Origin: Malacoraja senta
Lineage: Eukaryota
DNA length: 64,000 nt
Reading direction: 5' to 3'
Assembly (NCBI GenBank): GCA_038087875.1
Contig: CM075977.1
Span: 271,250,001 to 271,314,000 of the forward strand
Shown here: positions 51,405 through 64,000 of the stretch, piece after piece
Layout: each line of letters opens with the position of its first letter
Numbering within the stretch: the first letter of the stretch is position 1
Made by a program: the position numbers and the translations under genes
The notes under the pieces: model-generated
Seen by the model: the letters and a program-made list of their open reading frames with translations, nothing else
What the model was told of the DNA's origin: nothing
Databases searched by the model: none

Positions 51405-52660
51405 TTGGGTGGGAAGGGACAAATTGACCAGGGAGTTACGGAGGGAGCGGTCTCTGCAGAAAGCCAACAGGGGAGGAGATGGGAAGATGTGGCCAGTGGT
51501 GGGATCCCATTGGTAGACAAAAAAGCTGGAGAAAATCAGCGGGTAAAGCAGCATCTATGTAGCAAAGGAATAGACGACGTTTCGGGTCGAGACCCTTCTT
51601 CAGATTGATGTCGGTGGGGGGGGGGACACACGAAGAAGAAAGGAAGAGGCGGAGACAGTTGGCTGTGGAAGAGCTGGGAATGGGAAGAGAAGGAGGGAGA
51701 AAGCAAGGACTACCTGAAATAAGAGAAGCCAATGTTCATATCGCTGGGGTGTAAACTACCCAAGCAAATATGAGGTGCTGCTCCTCCAATATGCGGTGGG
51801 CCTCACTCTGGCCATGGAGGAGGCCCAGTACAGAAAGGTCGGATTCGGAATGGGAAGGGGAGTTGAAGTGTTGAGCCACCGGGAGATCAGGTTGGTTATT
51901 GCGAACTGAGTGGAGGTGTGTGCGAAGCGATCACCAAGCCTGCGCTTGGTCTCACCGAGGTTGATCATACGCTGAATAATCCAACCACATTTTTGTTTGG
52001 AAGTGGAAAGAAATAATAGAAATTGCATTCATTGCAATGTGTAAAAAGAGTTGAGATACTGTATTATAATTTTGCTGCATGTCATTGTGGTATATATCAT
52101 GCCTTGATTGGTGAATATGTTTAGTTTGTGACTTTATTTGAAGCAGAAATAATATGTGAATGCTTCATTGACCGTAATTCCGACTGGTAACTACGCACTT
52201 CGACCGAGCACATTATCGCACGCGTCATGCAAGCCGTCTTAAATGACCACCTAAACTGTCATTTGGCAACTTTAAAAGCTGCCTTGGTTGCCCGGCTGCA
52301 ACAGAGAAATAAAATTAAGTGAGAGCCCTGCAAGGTGTATAATATTTTTGACACTGTCATAGGCCTTTCTTACATATGCTGTCACAACGCACTGTGGTCT
52401 CTAAACAACCCTTCAGTAATTTTCCTTACCCTCCATTTCAGAATAATAGTGTTTTAAGGCAATAACTCGACACTAGCACTGGCAATAAATAAATAAATAA
52501 ATAAGCGCAGCTTTCCAGCCCCTTATCTCATTGGCCACGCTCGGCTGCAAATCGGTGTCAATCTGGTGGACCATCTTCCTCTAGTCGTGGGGGTGGGGGA
52601 TTGGGAGGGGCCTCACAAGTGGAACAGCTTAGGGCCTCTCTTCATCTAAATCCGGTCCTG
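48689..52660. mobile_element. Non-autonomous hAT DNA transposon (about 4 kb with nested inserts); its left part is repeated from 44319 by the duplication
   Basis: TIRs CAGGGCCGGATTTA and TAAATCCGGTCCTG; 8-bp TSD CTGACATC at 48681-48688 and 52661-52668 (also 44311-44318). It is inserted in a decayed Penelope terminal repeat. Confidence 0.82.
50785..51958 (-). mobile_element. Partial tandem Penelope-like elements (50785-51510 and 51511-51958), each with a hammerhead repeat
   Basis: GIY-YIG remnants. On the minus strand near 51575-51605 the core CTGAAGAAGGGTCTCGACCCGAAACGTC is intact. Confidence 0.85.
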
Positions 52661-52699
52661 CTGACATCCTGAGGACTTCTGGCATTTTCTATTTAGTCT

Positions 52700-53015
52700 A
52701 GATTAGTTTAGTTTAGAGATACAGCGTGGAAACAAGCCCTTCGGCCCATCGAGTCCTCACTGACCAGTGATCCCCACACATTAACACAATCCGACACACC
52801 CTAGGGATGATTTTACATTTATACAAAGCCGATTAACCTACAAAGCTGTACATCTTTGGAATTTGGGAGGAAACCAAAGATCTCGGTAAAATCCCCATGG
52901 GGAGAATGTACAAACTCCTTACAGAGAGCACCCCTAGTGGGGATCAAACCTGGATCCCTGAAGCTGTAAGTGCTGTAAGGCAGCAACTCTACCGCTGTGC
53001 CATCGTGCCACCCCT
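52700..53015 (-). mobile_element. V-SINE (HE1-like)
   Basis: Matches the SINE consensus within the window. Confidence 0.8.
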
Positions 53016-53386
53016 ATTTAAAATGTTCATGGTCAAAGTGCATTTCCCAAAATGGTCTTAAATTAGCAAATATTAATGATTATCAGAGAGCGACCATCTT
53101 GTAGTTGGAGCATTTTTATACTGACGCACATGAAAACATTGTACCTGCTTTGAAGACCGAAAAGGTTCTGGAAACACTCAGGTTAACACATGTGAAATAT
53201 AGGAGGCCATTAAATATGGAATTACTTTGGTTGGTGGCAATGTTCAATGTCAGTGAACCCAACAAGGCCTCCCAGAGCCATCTTCAACATTATGCTCCAC
53301 TTGTAGTTTATTGGCAGGTTGCTATTGTAATATAGTGCAGTTACCAATGCAATGGAGGACTCGCAGTTACTAATGTGGTTAACTCA

Positions 53387-53690
53387 GGCGGCCACAGTGG
53401 CGGAGCGGAAGAGGTGCTACCTTACAACGTTTGCAGTGCCAGAGGCCCGGGTTTGATCCCGACTACGATTGCTGTCTGTACGGAATTTGTATGTGACCAC
53501 GTGGGTTTTCGGCAAGATCTTCGGTTTCCTCCCACACTCCAAAGACGTACAAGTATGTAGGTTAATTGGCTTGGTGTACGTGTAAAATTGTCCCCAGTGT
53601 TAATGTGTGGGGATCACTGGTCGGTGCGGACTCGGTGGGCCCAAGGGCCTGTTTTCACGCTGTATCTCTAAACTAAACTAAAACTAAACT
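53387..53690 (+). mobile_element. V-SINE (HE1-like)
   Basis: TGGCGGAGCGG box A, GGTTTGATCCC box B, V core, (CTAAA)n tail. Confidence 0.85.
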
Positions 53691-54466
53691 AAGCTCGTGC
53701 ACAGCAAATCCCCATGACAAAGAGAAACATGAGTAGATAATTTATTCTAGTGTTGTTTCCTAAACAGCTTCCAATGGTGCATTTAAGGCTGTTGCTAACA
53801 TGACTCCATGCGTGTTATTGTAGAAGTGCGATGTGTATGGACATCGTAAAAGAACAAATCAGTAGCTGGCATGTGCCTTATTTTCTCCTCCGTCCTATAA
53901 ACAGTGATTGACAAAATTCTCTCCTTCTTTTCTGCCACCTCACTTCATAAATATGTGAAATGTGGCTCTAATTTCAAGGTGTGAAAAGTGTTAATGCACC
54001 CAAAACTAATTGAGCATACCACTGAATACCACTCTGGAAATCAATTTAAATCATAAGTTGTAGAATGCTTTTAAATCAACAACCTGGCTAGTTATTATGT
54101 TTGTCTATCTGTATCAATACTGTGTATCTTCTGGAAAATTTGCAATGAATAACTGTCATTAATTTTACCCACTTCATAAGTTACGGGAAAAATAACAGAT
54201 GCATTAAAATTAATCAGTATTCTGCAATGTTTAAATCATGTTCTGCCTGGAAATTCAATTGCATAATATTTCTTAATATAGATTTCTTCCTTGCTATGCA
54301 TTTGAACATGAATCTTTTCCAGAAGTAAAGCATTTCCTTTGCTGGCTTTACCTTGCACTAAACGTTATCCCTTGTCATGTATCATCTATACACTGTAAAT
54401 TGATCAATTGTAATCATGTATTGTCTTTCTGCTGACTGGTCAGCACGCAACAAAAGCTTTTCACTT

Positions 54467-54792
54467 TAGTTTAGCTTAGTTTAGTTCAGAGATACAGTGC
54501 GGAAACAGGCTCTTCGGCCCACCGAGTCTGCACTGACCAGCGATCCCCGCACATTAACACTATCCTACACACACTGGGGAGAATTTACATTTATACCAAG
54601 CCAATTTACTTACATACCTGTAAGTCTTTGGTATGTGGGAGGAAACCGAAGATCATGGAGAAAACCCACGCGGTCACAGGGAGAACGTGCAAACTCCATA
54701 CAGACAGCACCTGTAGCCGGGATCGAACCTGTGTCTCAGGTGCTGAAAGCGCTGTAAGGCAGCAACTCTACCGCTGCTCCACCATGCGCCCT
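54467..54792 (-). mobile_element. V-SINE inserted in a Rex-type 3' tail (about 54340-54848)
   Basis: The flanks AAAAGCTTTTCACT | GTACATCTCGGTACACGTGACAAT rejoin. Confidence 0.8.
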
Positions 54793-56467
54793 CTCAGTAC
54801 ATCTCGGTACACGTGACAATGAACTAAACTGAACTGAACTGAACTGAATTTCCAGGTTGCTTTGAATCACTTGAAAATTCCTTTTGTGAACCACTCTTGC
54901 GTCCCTGATATAATTTCTGTATCAGAGCTGCACAGGGGCATCATCATTACCTCTATTCTTGTACTCAACCCCCAGGAGTCATGAGCTCTAAGTTCCCTTG
55001 ATCTTTCCACTGACCCCGTGATGCCCTCCTAGTCGATGTCCCAGCCTCTGATCTCCTACTGCTCCCTCTCAAGCTCCGATTACTTTCTCCATCATATAAC
55101 AACAACGCTGGGTATCAGAGTCCTAATCTACTTCTCCCCCTCTCTCATCACTCTGGGCCCCTGAAGCACCTGAGCTTCTCCCCTGGGTTTGAGCAGATCA
55201 GATGGCAGATTGTCAAGTGTATGTTGTGATTGAGGCCTGACTGAAACTTGATGCAATGGGTCAACGACCAAAATCCCGTCAGGCTTGCAGTTATGTGCCT
55301 AACAGCGTGCTTGAGTTGATTACGCAAATATTGTGGCATTAAAGTGAATCCTAATCTTACCATCTCACTCCATTTGCATAATTTCCAACAATTGTTGCTA
55401 CATTATCAGGTAAATTCTGGAAGGTTTTGTTCTTTTCCTATCCAAAGTGGAGAATTTTACAGCTGGGATGAATTAGTTCAGCCGTACCGAGATTGGGATA
55501 TGTACTCTTCGGGATATCCATTACCAAGCTGCTCTGTGGTTATATGAGAGGACGATTGAAACACTTTCCATTGGAAAAAAAAAGGCATTCATAAATCACC
55601 AGTGGAAAGGACAGTGTGGATTGTGTATGTTACCATACAATTAGGCTAATCCCATCTCTTACATCTGGCTCATCGCAGTGCAAAACCATTCAGTGGGGGA
55701 AAGTCAGGGTCCATCAGAATGCTGCAGAAATGTTGCTCCATGGAATCCAAAAAAGTGTCGAAACAAAATGCTCTAACTGGACCCAGAACGCAAAGGCAAT
55801 CTTGAATTACGCATATGCATGCCATTCACAAGCAGTGGTGCGACTCTGTGAAACATATTCACCATAAAACTTTTACTGTTAAAAAATTTGCAAAAGGTTC
55901 GCCCTTTAATTTCTCTTGAGGGTTTACAGTTGTCCTGCATAATTTAAGAATTGAAGACCATATACAGAATTTTAAGGCTGTTGTCATAAGGAATTGGAAT
56001 TAGGCCATTCGGCCCATCAAGTCTACTCCACCATTCAATGATGGTTGATCTATCTCTCCCTCCTAACCCCATTCTCCTGCCTTCTCCACATAACCACTGA
56101 CACCTGTATTAATCAATTGTCTGGAGATCCTGTGCTTTGTATGAATAAGTTAGGATGGGGTTAAAATGTAGGCTAAGGGAATCTAAGGTGGCTCAACAAG
56201 GCGACATTCTACTGACCTGTAGTATAGATGGGTGTGATTTATGAGCCATTTAAATCATGCCTTGCCTCCTTGGCACCACTTTCTCATTTCTTCTGTCGGA
56301 AAGCATCACTCCCTCTTCCCCAAAGGTCACCTATTATTTCACTATTGAAACACAAAAGTCAGATGAGCTGAATGTTGGGTGCTGATGCAGCAGCAGTCTG
56401 CAGCTGTGCTGAATGGAAGGGCCGGATGCATAGGTTATGCCATTTATTTGAATGGTGTTAACGATCC

Positions 56468-56790
56468 TTTAGTTTAGTTTAGAGATACAGCATGGAAACA
56501 GGCCCTAGGGCACACCAAGTTCACTGCAACTATTGATCACCCATTCACAATAGTCCTCTGTTATCCTACTGTCTGCAGCTCCTTACAAACCAGAAGCAAT
56601 TTACAGAGGCCAATTAACCTACAAATATGTACGTATTTGGGATGTGGGAGGAAGTCAGAGCATGCAGAAGAAACTCATGCTGTCACAGGGAGAATGTGCA
56701 AACTCCACACAGAGAGCACCTGAGATCAGGATCAAACCTAGGTCTATGGCGCTGTGAGACAGAAGCTCCTCCAGCTGTGCTACTGTGCTA
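56468..56790 (-). mobile_element. Older V-SINE
   Basis: Diverged match to the SINE consensus. Confidence 0.7.
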
Positions 56791-58258
56791 AGTGAGAATA
56801 GGTGACAAAGTTAACTTATTTTTCTACATTTTACTTTATCATGGTATTTTAATTTATATTGAGGAAATACGTACATGTATACATCTTCGAGCCAGTTTAA
56901 AATATCTGTATCTAATTATTCAAAACTTTTAAGAACATTAACAAGATGTCAAAAGGCCATCATTGCACTAAAACAATTGGCAGTAAGGTTATATGACCAG
57001 AGGCTTGGTCCCCACGTGGTCCACTCTGCTTAGCTTGGTTTAATTACCGGTTGTTTAGTTTAGAGATACAGCATGGAAACAGGCCCCTCATGCTGACCAG
57101 TGAACACCTATACACTAGTATTATTACTATTAAATTGTATAATCATTATTATATATTATCAAAATCATCATTATTAAAATCTATTAGTACTATTAAATCT
57201 TCTCCTCTTACCTTAAACCTATGTCCTCTGTTTTTTGATTGTCCTACTCTGCCTAAAAACCACAATGCCTTCATCCTTTCTATTCCCCTCACAATTTTAT
57301 ACACGTTCTATAAGATCACCCTCATCCTCCTGCTCTCCAAGGAATAGAGACCTCTCACTATAGCTCAGGCCCTCGAGTCTTGGCAACATCCTCGTAAATC
57401 TTCTCTGTGTACTTTTCATGTATGACATCTAACCTATACCATGGTGACCAAAACTGACCATAATATTCCAAATGCGGCCTCACGGTCATGTCAAACAGCT
57501 GGAATATCTATACTCCATACACTGAACAATGAAGGTCAATGTGACCACCGTATCTATCTGTGAAGCCACTAGTTCCAGGGAACTTTCATGACCAAAAAAA
57601 ACGAACTGATCAGTACACTGAACAGCAATCAACAGATGTGCATCTCAATGTTGCTGTGTTGCTCCAGTAATCTAAAATTGATTTCAAAATCAATGACCTA
57701 AATTCCAACATTCATCTTAACACTCCTTTATGAAACAATGAAACAGGATGAGGGAACGCCGATCGGAAATGCTGACTATTAAAACAATGCAAAATTATTC
57801 TTTGATATTCAACCAACCTACGAAACTACCGGAAAGAAAACAAGTGGCTTTCACTATTTGAAGCCTCTGTAATGTCTGGGACTGAATGAAAGCAAAGTCT
57901 GAAAAATCCTAACAGCATGTGTTATTTATTTTTCAAAGTTTTGTAACCTGTAGCCAAGTGTGTGATGAAAGAACAGGCCTTGTGCCAGAGGTCTGCATCT
58001 TGAAGGAACATCCAGCAGATACCTGTTAAAAATAATCTGATATATTGAATGGTTAAATACATTCCAGATTACCAACATTACATTTGAATATGTGTGCTCT
58101 TGTTTCATTATCCATGATGGGGTTTGTTTTGGGATTAATATTCATTGCATGTTTATTCTTATGCTGTTAGATAAAATTAAATGCATGAAATAAATCGTGG
58201 TTGAGAAGTAAATCATTATTTTACATAAATAATTACACCGACTTTCTTATTAAATTAG

Positions 58259-58454
58259 GAGTACATGATCATCAGCATGAAAAAATTATCACCATATCAG
58301 AGGATGGGTCTGTGCAGAGTCCACGATTTCCTCAGAGTTATCCTCGGGATGTTGTGCTGGTGTGGAGGCTAATAGCAGCTGATGACAATATGCAAATTCA
58401 ACTCACCTTCGATCAAAGGTTTGGACTTGAGGAACCCGAGAACGGACTTTGCAA
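58259..58454 (+). CDS. PDGFC: Internal coding exon (exon 2 equivalent, N-terminal half of the CUB domain) of a PDGF-C or PDGF-C-like gene
   Basis: Acceptor ttaaattAG|GA (AG at 58257-58258, phase 1) and donor TGCAA|GTGAGT (GT at 58455, phase 2). Peptide (G)VHDHQHEKIITISEDGSVQSPRFPQSYPRDVVLVWRLIAADDNMQIQLTFDQRFGLEEPENGLCK aligns without gaps to human PDGF-C GVQDPQHERIITVSTNGSIHSPRFPHTYPRNTVLVWRLVAVEENVWIQLTFDERFGLEDPEDDICK (recalled; about 43/66 identical by hand). Orthologue versus paralogue is not resolved. Confidence 0.88.
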
Positions 58455-61317
58455 GTGAGTGTCTCTTTCTGAGAAGAATAATCCAGCTGTTGACAAAGAA
58501 TCAGGTTGTTGATAGGAGGTGAACACAGAACTCCTTGACATGAGAAGATTCCACATATCAATTTAAGGGAAGCCGTCAAGCTAAAATCAGACACTAAAAA
58601 ATATTATTCACTATTTCTGAGGGGGAAATACATATTGTGCTTAACTGATATGCAAACAAATAGGGTTAGGTTCTCCTATTGCTGGCAACGTTCTTGGTGC
58701 TTGTAATGTGTCTGCAAACCCACTGCCAATCTATGGATCCTGCCCAAGACTTGGTATATGGATAAGAAAGGTTTAGAGGGATATGGGGCAAACATGGGCC
58801 AGTGGTAGCATTGATGAGGCATCTGAGTTGACATGGGCATGTTGGGCCGAATGGCCAGTTTCCATGCTGTATGACTACCTTCTCCCAATCTAATCTGATT
58901 ACATCTGAAGTCCCATTGACCTGATGATGCCAATTCCTCCAGTGTCCCAGTGCTTGGATCTGTCCTTTCTTTTGGTTTCCCTTACCATGATATTCCTTTC
59001 TTTGCTATCACTTCCCTGACTCTTATGTCCAAACTTTCCATCCATCTCAATATTCTCTTTATCTCATTTCACACCCTTCCCATCCCAGTTAACAATGTCC
59101 ATCTGACTTCTAACTACACCATTGTAGATCATGTAGAGGAAAGGCCTTTCTGTATTTCTTGCAAGTCAGGCTACTTATATCACAAATGATAACTTGTGCC
59201 TCATTCAATGCAATATTGTTGCCATGGATCTACTACTGTCCACACAGACCCACTCTCACCTACTCCCCACCCACACCCTCTACCATTTACACAGTTTTGA
59301 ATCAAAGTGTTTTTTTAGACAATGTAATCTTTGATGCCAGAGGTCTGCATCCGTAAGCATTTGTATTTTTTCTGTGTTTGATTTCCGAGATGGCTTCAAT
59401 CCTTCAAGTTTAATGCACAGTCTCTGAAATGTGTTCTTCAATCTCCCAATATTTCCCTGGTACCATTCCCCTCTGGGATACCAATACCATTTTATATTTG
59501 AAATATTCCTATCACAGATTATTAATCTAGGATTTTTTAAATAAATGAATGCATCCAGTTTAGGGAATAAAAACAGAACAATCTTTTTATTGCCAATACT
59601 CTATGTTCATAGTTTACCAGTAAATGTGAGACCATTAATTAGTTTTAAAATTCTTATCCTTATTTGAAGTTGATAGAAAGGAATTGAAATGATGCATTGG
59701 ACAAATGTTTACCTCGCTCTTTTTATCTCGTTATCAATGCTCATAAATAAGATAGACACAACATGCTGGAATAACTCAACTGGTCAGGCAGCATCTCTGA
59801 AGTAAAGGAATATGTGATGTTTCGGGTGGAGACCCTTCTTCAGGCCGAGATTCAGGGGAGAGGGACACTAGAGATATGAAAGGGTACAAAGAACAACTGA
59901 ATGAAATGTATGCAAAAGGAAAAGCTAGCAACAATGATCAAGGAAATGTGGAGGCCACAATAGTGCACTGCTGGTTGTGGAGAAGGTGATAACGACTGAA
60001 TAATAATAGTGAGACGAATCAGGACAACAGTAAAACTTGTAGGATCACTATGGTGGGGGAGGGAAGGAGAGAAAGGGAATGCAAGGGTTACTTGAAGTTA
60101 GAGTAATCAATATTCATAACGTTGGGTTGTAAGCTGCCTCAAATGTAAGATGCATCAATTCCTGAGCACAGGTCATTGTAGGAAACATCTATTCAAATCT
60201 TCCTGTTCCATTTCCTCTCTGGTCACTCACTAAATTTCCCATTGGGCTAATAATTTGATTAGCATTTGTGCTATGGTATTAAACCTTAGTTAACAATCTA
60301 TTTGTGAGACTTTTCGAAGCCTTCTGGAAGCCCATACAAAAAGTATCCAAATAGATTTCCCTCTTTAACATTTTAGTTCCTCTACAAGCTTTTCAGTTGT
60401 GCTTTTTGGGTATTTCCTACACTTTATAAATCTATGCTGAATCATCCTGAGCAGCAGGAACCTTCCAAGATATTCAGTCACTCTAATTTAAAAGAGAAGA
60501 GGGGAATGCACTTGGTCCCCACTGGTTCTGAGCATCTAAAATCAATTTAGATCTTCCAAAGGCCAAAGGCAGAGAGGACAATGGAGCCCTTTTCTAAATG
60601 TCCTGACCCCTAAGAGTGCACAAAATATGTCATTGCCAAAGCAGTGGTTTCAGAGACCTGTTATCATCTGCAAGCAGACTTCTAGCCATGCACCTCTGTC
60701 TAGACTACTCTGCCTGCGGAGGTGAATGCCACCTACACCTTAACTTTTGTTTCCAGATCATTTCATTTCACACCATTAAGGATAGATGTGGAGACTTTGC
60801 AAAAAGCGCAGAGGAGCAGAACAATGCCTGGATTGTTTTGTCTGGAATGCCAGAGGTTGTGGGGAGACCTGATACAAGAACATAAAATTATGAGAGGCAT
60901 AGATCGGATCGACATCCAGAACCTTTTTCCCCAAGATGAAAAAAACAAATACTAGAGGGCATATCTTTAAGGTGAGATAGGCAAAGTTTAAAGTAAATGA
61001 GTGGGGCTTTAAACAGAGAGAGGTGAGTGCTTGGAATATGCTGCTGGGGTTAGTGGTTGAGGCAAATATGATAGAGGCTTTTAAGACACATTTGGGATTG
61101 GGATATGGAGTATGTGCATGCAGATAAGAGTTAGTACAGCACAGACATTATGGGCCAATGGACATATTCTTCTTGTTCTGTGATTTATGTTCTATGTTCT
61201 ATTTCAAGCAGAAGCAGATGATTTGTAATGTATCACAGTTTGCAGCTCACTGTCAAAGATGCTCTCTACTTCCCTTTTGAGTTTCCCTTGAGACCTGGTG
61301 TCATCTGAAGCCCTACA

Positions 61318-61972
61318 TTGGTAGTAAAGAAAGCAAACTCAATGCTAGCATTTATTTCAAGAAGGCTTGTATACAAAAACAGGGATGTAATGTTGAGGCT
61401 CTACAAGGTGCTGGTAAGGCCACATTTGGAATATTGCGAGCAATTTTGGGCACCATATCTGAGGAAAGATGTGCAAGTTCTGGAGAGGGACCAGAGGAAG
61501 TTTACAAGAATGATCCCAGGAATGAATAGGTCAACCTATGATGAGCGTTTGTCAGCACTGGGCCTGTACTCGCTGGAGTTTAGAAGAATGAGGGGGGGCC
61601 TCATTGAAACATACAGAATAGTGAAAGGCTTGGATACAGTGGATGTGGAGAGGATGTTGCCGCTAGTGGGAGAGTCTAGGATTAGAGGTCATAGCCTCAG
61701 AATTAAAGGATGTTCCTTTAGGAAGGAGATGAGGTGAAATTTCTTTAGTCAGAGAATGGTGAACCTGTGGGATTCTTTGCCACAGAAGGCTGTGGAAGCC
61801 AAGTCAGTGGATATTTTTAAGGCAGAGATAAATAGATTCTTGATTTGTACAGGTGTCAGAGAAGGCAGGAGAATGGGGTTAGGAGGGAGAGATAGATCAA
61901 CCATGATTGAATGGCAGAGTAGACTTGATGGGCTGAATGGCCTAATTCTACTCCTATTCCTTATGACATGAC
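61318..61972 (+). mobile_element. CR1 LINE 3' fragment
   Basis: VVKKANSMLAFISR...LVRPHLEYCEQFWAPYLRKDV...; ATGAC tail. Confidence 0.88.
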
Positions 61973-62847
61973 CTAGGGAGTATCCGACTACACTTATGTG
62001 CTCCCTCCCAACCCTTGACCCTTCATGTGCACCCAGAACGATATATCAGACTCCCTGAATATATAGCACTCTTCCAATTGTGGAATGAAAACCATCATAG
62101 ATAAAATCATATTTCTTTAAAGTTTGTTCAGCTCCCTGCTCACTCTGGCAGGTCATGATTCCGATCCAATCTCGCCCGCTGTGCCATTTGGCGTTCTGGT
62201 TGGCAGAGAGGGGTGTTGCTTCATTCTTTGACTATGGAGCTTTACCCAGGCTCCTGAGCACGATGCTGAATGATATGACTATCAGGGTTAAAATAAACCC
62301 AAGGAAGAATGGTATTGGGATTATCGAAGTGAGATATAGTTGCCTCAACTGATTTGGGGAATCTGGGTTATTTGTCTGAGTCTCACTTTCTTTCTTATCT
62401 TGAGACACAAGAAACTGCGGATTCTGAAATCTGGAACAATAAATAGTGGTGGAGTAATTCAGTAGGACTGGCAGCATCTGTGGAGGAAATGGACAGTCAA
62501 CGTTTCGGGTCGGGACCCTTCTTCAGGCTGATGGATCAAGGGGGAGAAGTTGGAAAAGAGAGATGAGGACGGGACAAAGTCTGGCAAGTAATAGGTGAAT
62601 ACAGGTGAGGGGGTTTGATCTGTTGCATGCTCCACCACTTTGATATTTTGAGGGCATGGATCTCACCTAATGACCAGCAGTAGGTGAGGCAGGAGAAAAA
62701 AGATGGAGGTTATGGAAGGGGAGAAGAGCACCAATGACGATGAAAGATCCTCTCTGGATATGTTATCACTGCAGAAATTCTCCTCACTCTACAGCAAGAG
62801 ATTGAGGCATAGAACGTAGAAATGTCATTACGCATTGACACCACATG

Positions 62848-63115
62848 GTTTAGTTTAGTTTAGAGACAGCACGGAAACAGGCCCTTCGGCCCACCGTCCG
62901 CACCGACCAGCGCTGTCTGCATCAAGGACAATTTACATATGCACCAAGCCAATTTACCTACAAACCTTGTATGTCTTTGGAGTGTGGGAGGAAACCGAAG
63001 ATCACGGAGAAAAACCATGCAGGTCACGTACAGACAAGCACCCGTAGTCAGGATCGAATCCGGGTCTCCGGCACTGCTAGCACTCTAAGGCAGCAACTCC
63101 ACCACTGCACCACCA
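62848..63115 (-). mobile_element. V-SINE (internally deleted)
   Basis: Matches the SINE consensus within the window. Confidence 0.75.
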
Positions 63116-63719
63116 TGGCGCTTTTAGATTTCCAGGGATAATGGATGAGGGAGATGCTCCAGTGCTTGGTGTCACTTCCACTTTATTACCAGCAGCGGGC
63201 ATTGCCCAAACTTGTATATACAAACATCTTGGAGGCACATTTCTATCAGGAAATCTACCAGGCACAGTCTTCTGCTTCTCACTCCCACAACACAACACTG
63301 AAAGCATAACCAATCCATCCTTCCAATAAACGAGCTCCAAGTTGGGGTGCACCACAAATCTACAGCCAAAATGAACTGTGACAAGTGAAAAAAATAGAGG
63401 AAAATAATCCACACTACAGTATATTTCTCATGCTGTGCTCCTTAATTAATCTTCCTCACTCCTACATCACAAGCTAAAAAGTCAAATAAGGATTTTGTAA
63501 TCATTGCAAAGTTTATACACAAAATAGACTAATCTGAAGCAAACAGAAATATAAGCATTTGGCGATATTTATGTTAATTAATCCCACATGCTCGTGTTTG
63601 GTGACTGCTTTCCAAATTGGTTGCTTCCCCTACTTCATCTACTGTGACTCCTACCGAGCTTGTAGAAGAGTCTGCTTCAGACAGTGCGGCGGCAGGCGGT
63701 TATGAATGTTGACCTCAAA

Positions 63720-64000
63720 ATTAGTTTAATTTAGTTTAGTTTAGTTTATTGTCGTGTGTACTGAGGTACAGTGAAAAGCTTTTGTTGTGTGCTAACCAGC
63801 CAGTGGAAAGACAATACATGATTACAAACGGGCCATTCACATTGTACAGATACATGATAAGAGACTAACGTTTAGTGCAAGGTAAAGACAGTAAAGTCCG
63901 ATCTAAGATAGTCCGATTGTAGTTCAGGACTGCTTGCTGGTTGTGGTAGGATGGTTCAGTTGCCTGATAACAGGTGGGAGGAAACTGTCCCTGAATCTGG
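63720..64000 (-). mobile_element. Rex1/Babar-type LINE 3' end (runs off the window)
   Basis: Tail AAAAGCTTTTCACTGTACCTCAGTACAC..ACAATAAA plus (CTAAA)n on the minus strand. Confidence 0.7.

Noticed and set aside
53387-53470. tRNA gene
   Set aside because: It is the tRNA-derived head of a V-SINE, with no complete cloverleaf.

Overview
This is vertebrate DNA dense in repeats. The repeat inventory (HE1/V-SINE-type tRNA SINEs, CR1/HER1 LINEs, Neptune-type Penelope elements, Rex1/Babar, RTE, Tx1/L1, Harbinger and hAT elements) points to a cartilaginous fish, probably a skate or ray (inference). The only clear host coding sequence is a 196-bp CUB-domain exon at 58259-58454 (+) that resembles exon 2 of PDGFC, so most of the window is probably that gene's first intron. 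Highlights: (1) a spliced-looking carboxypeptidase D (CPD) fragment fused to the tail of a GC-rich non-autonomous retroelement family, sitting inside an old CR1; (2) that GC-rich family itself, which shares its 3' tail with an adjacent Rex1-type LINE; (3) many short Penelope-derived units carrying hammerhead ribozymes, some with their own target-site duplications (TSDs); (4) multi-kb DNA transposons delimited by terminal inverted repeats (TIRs) and TSDs and filled with nested insertions; (5) an unassigned coding-like island at about 41.3-42.9 kb; (6) a 4.37-kb tandem duplication that is probably an assembly or haplotype artefact. Protein comparisons are from memory; no searches were run.
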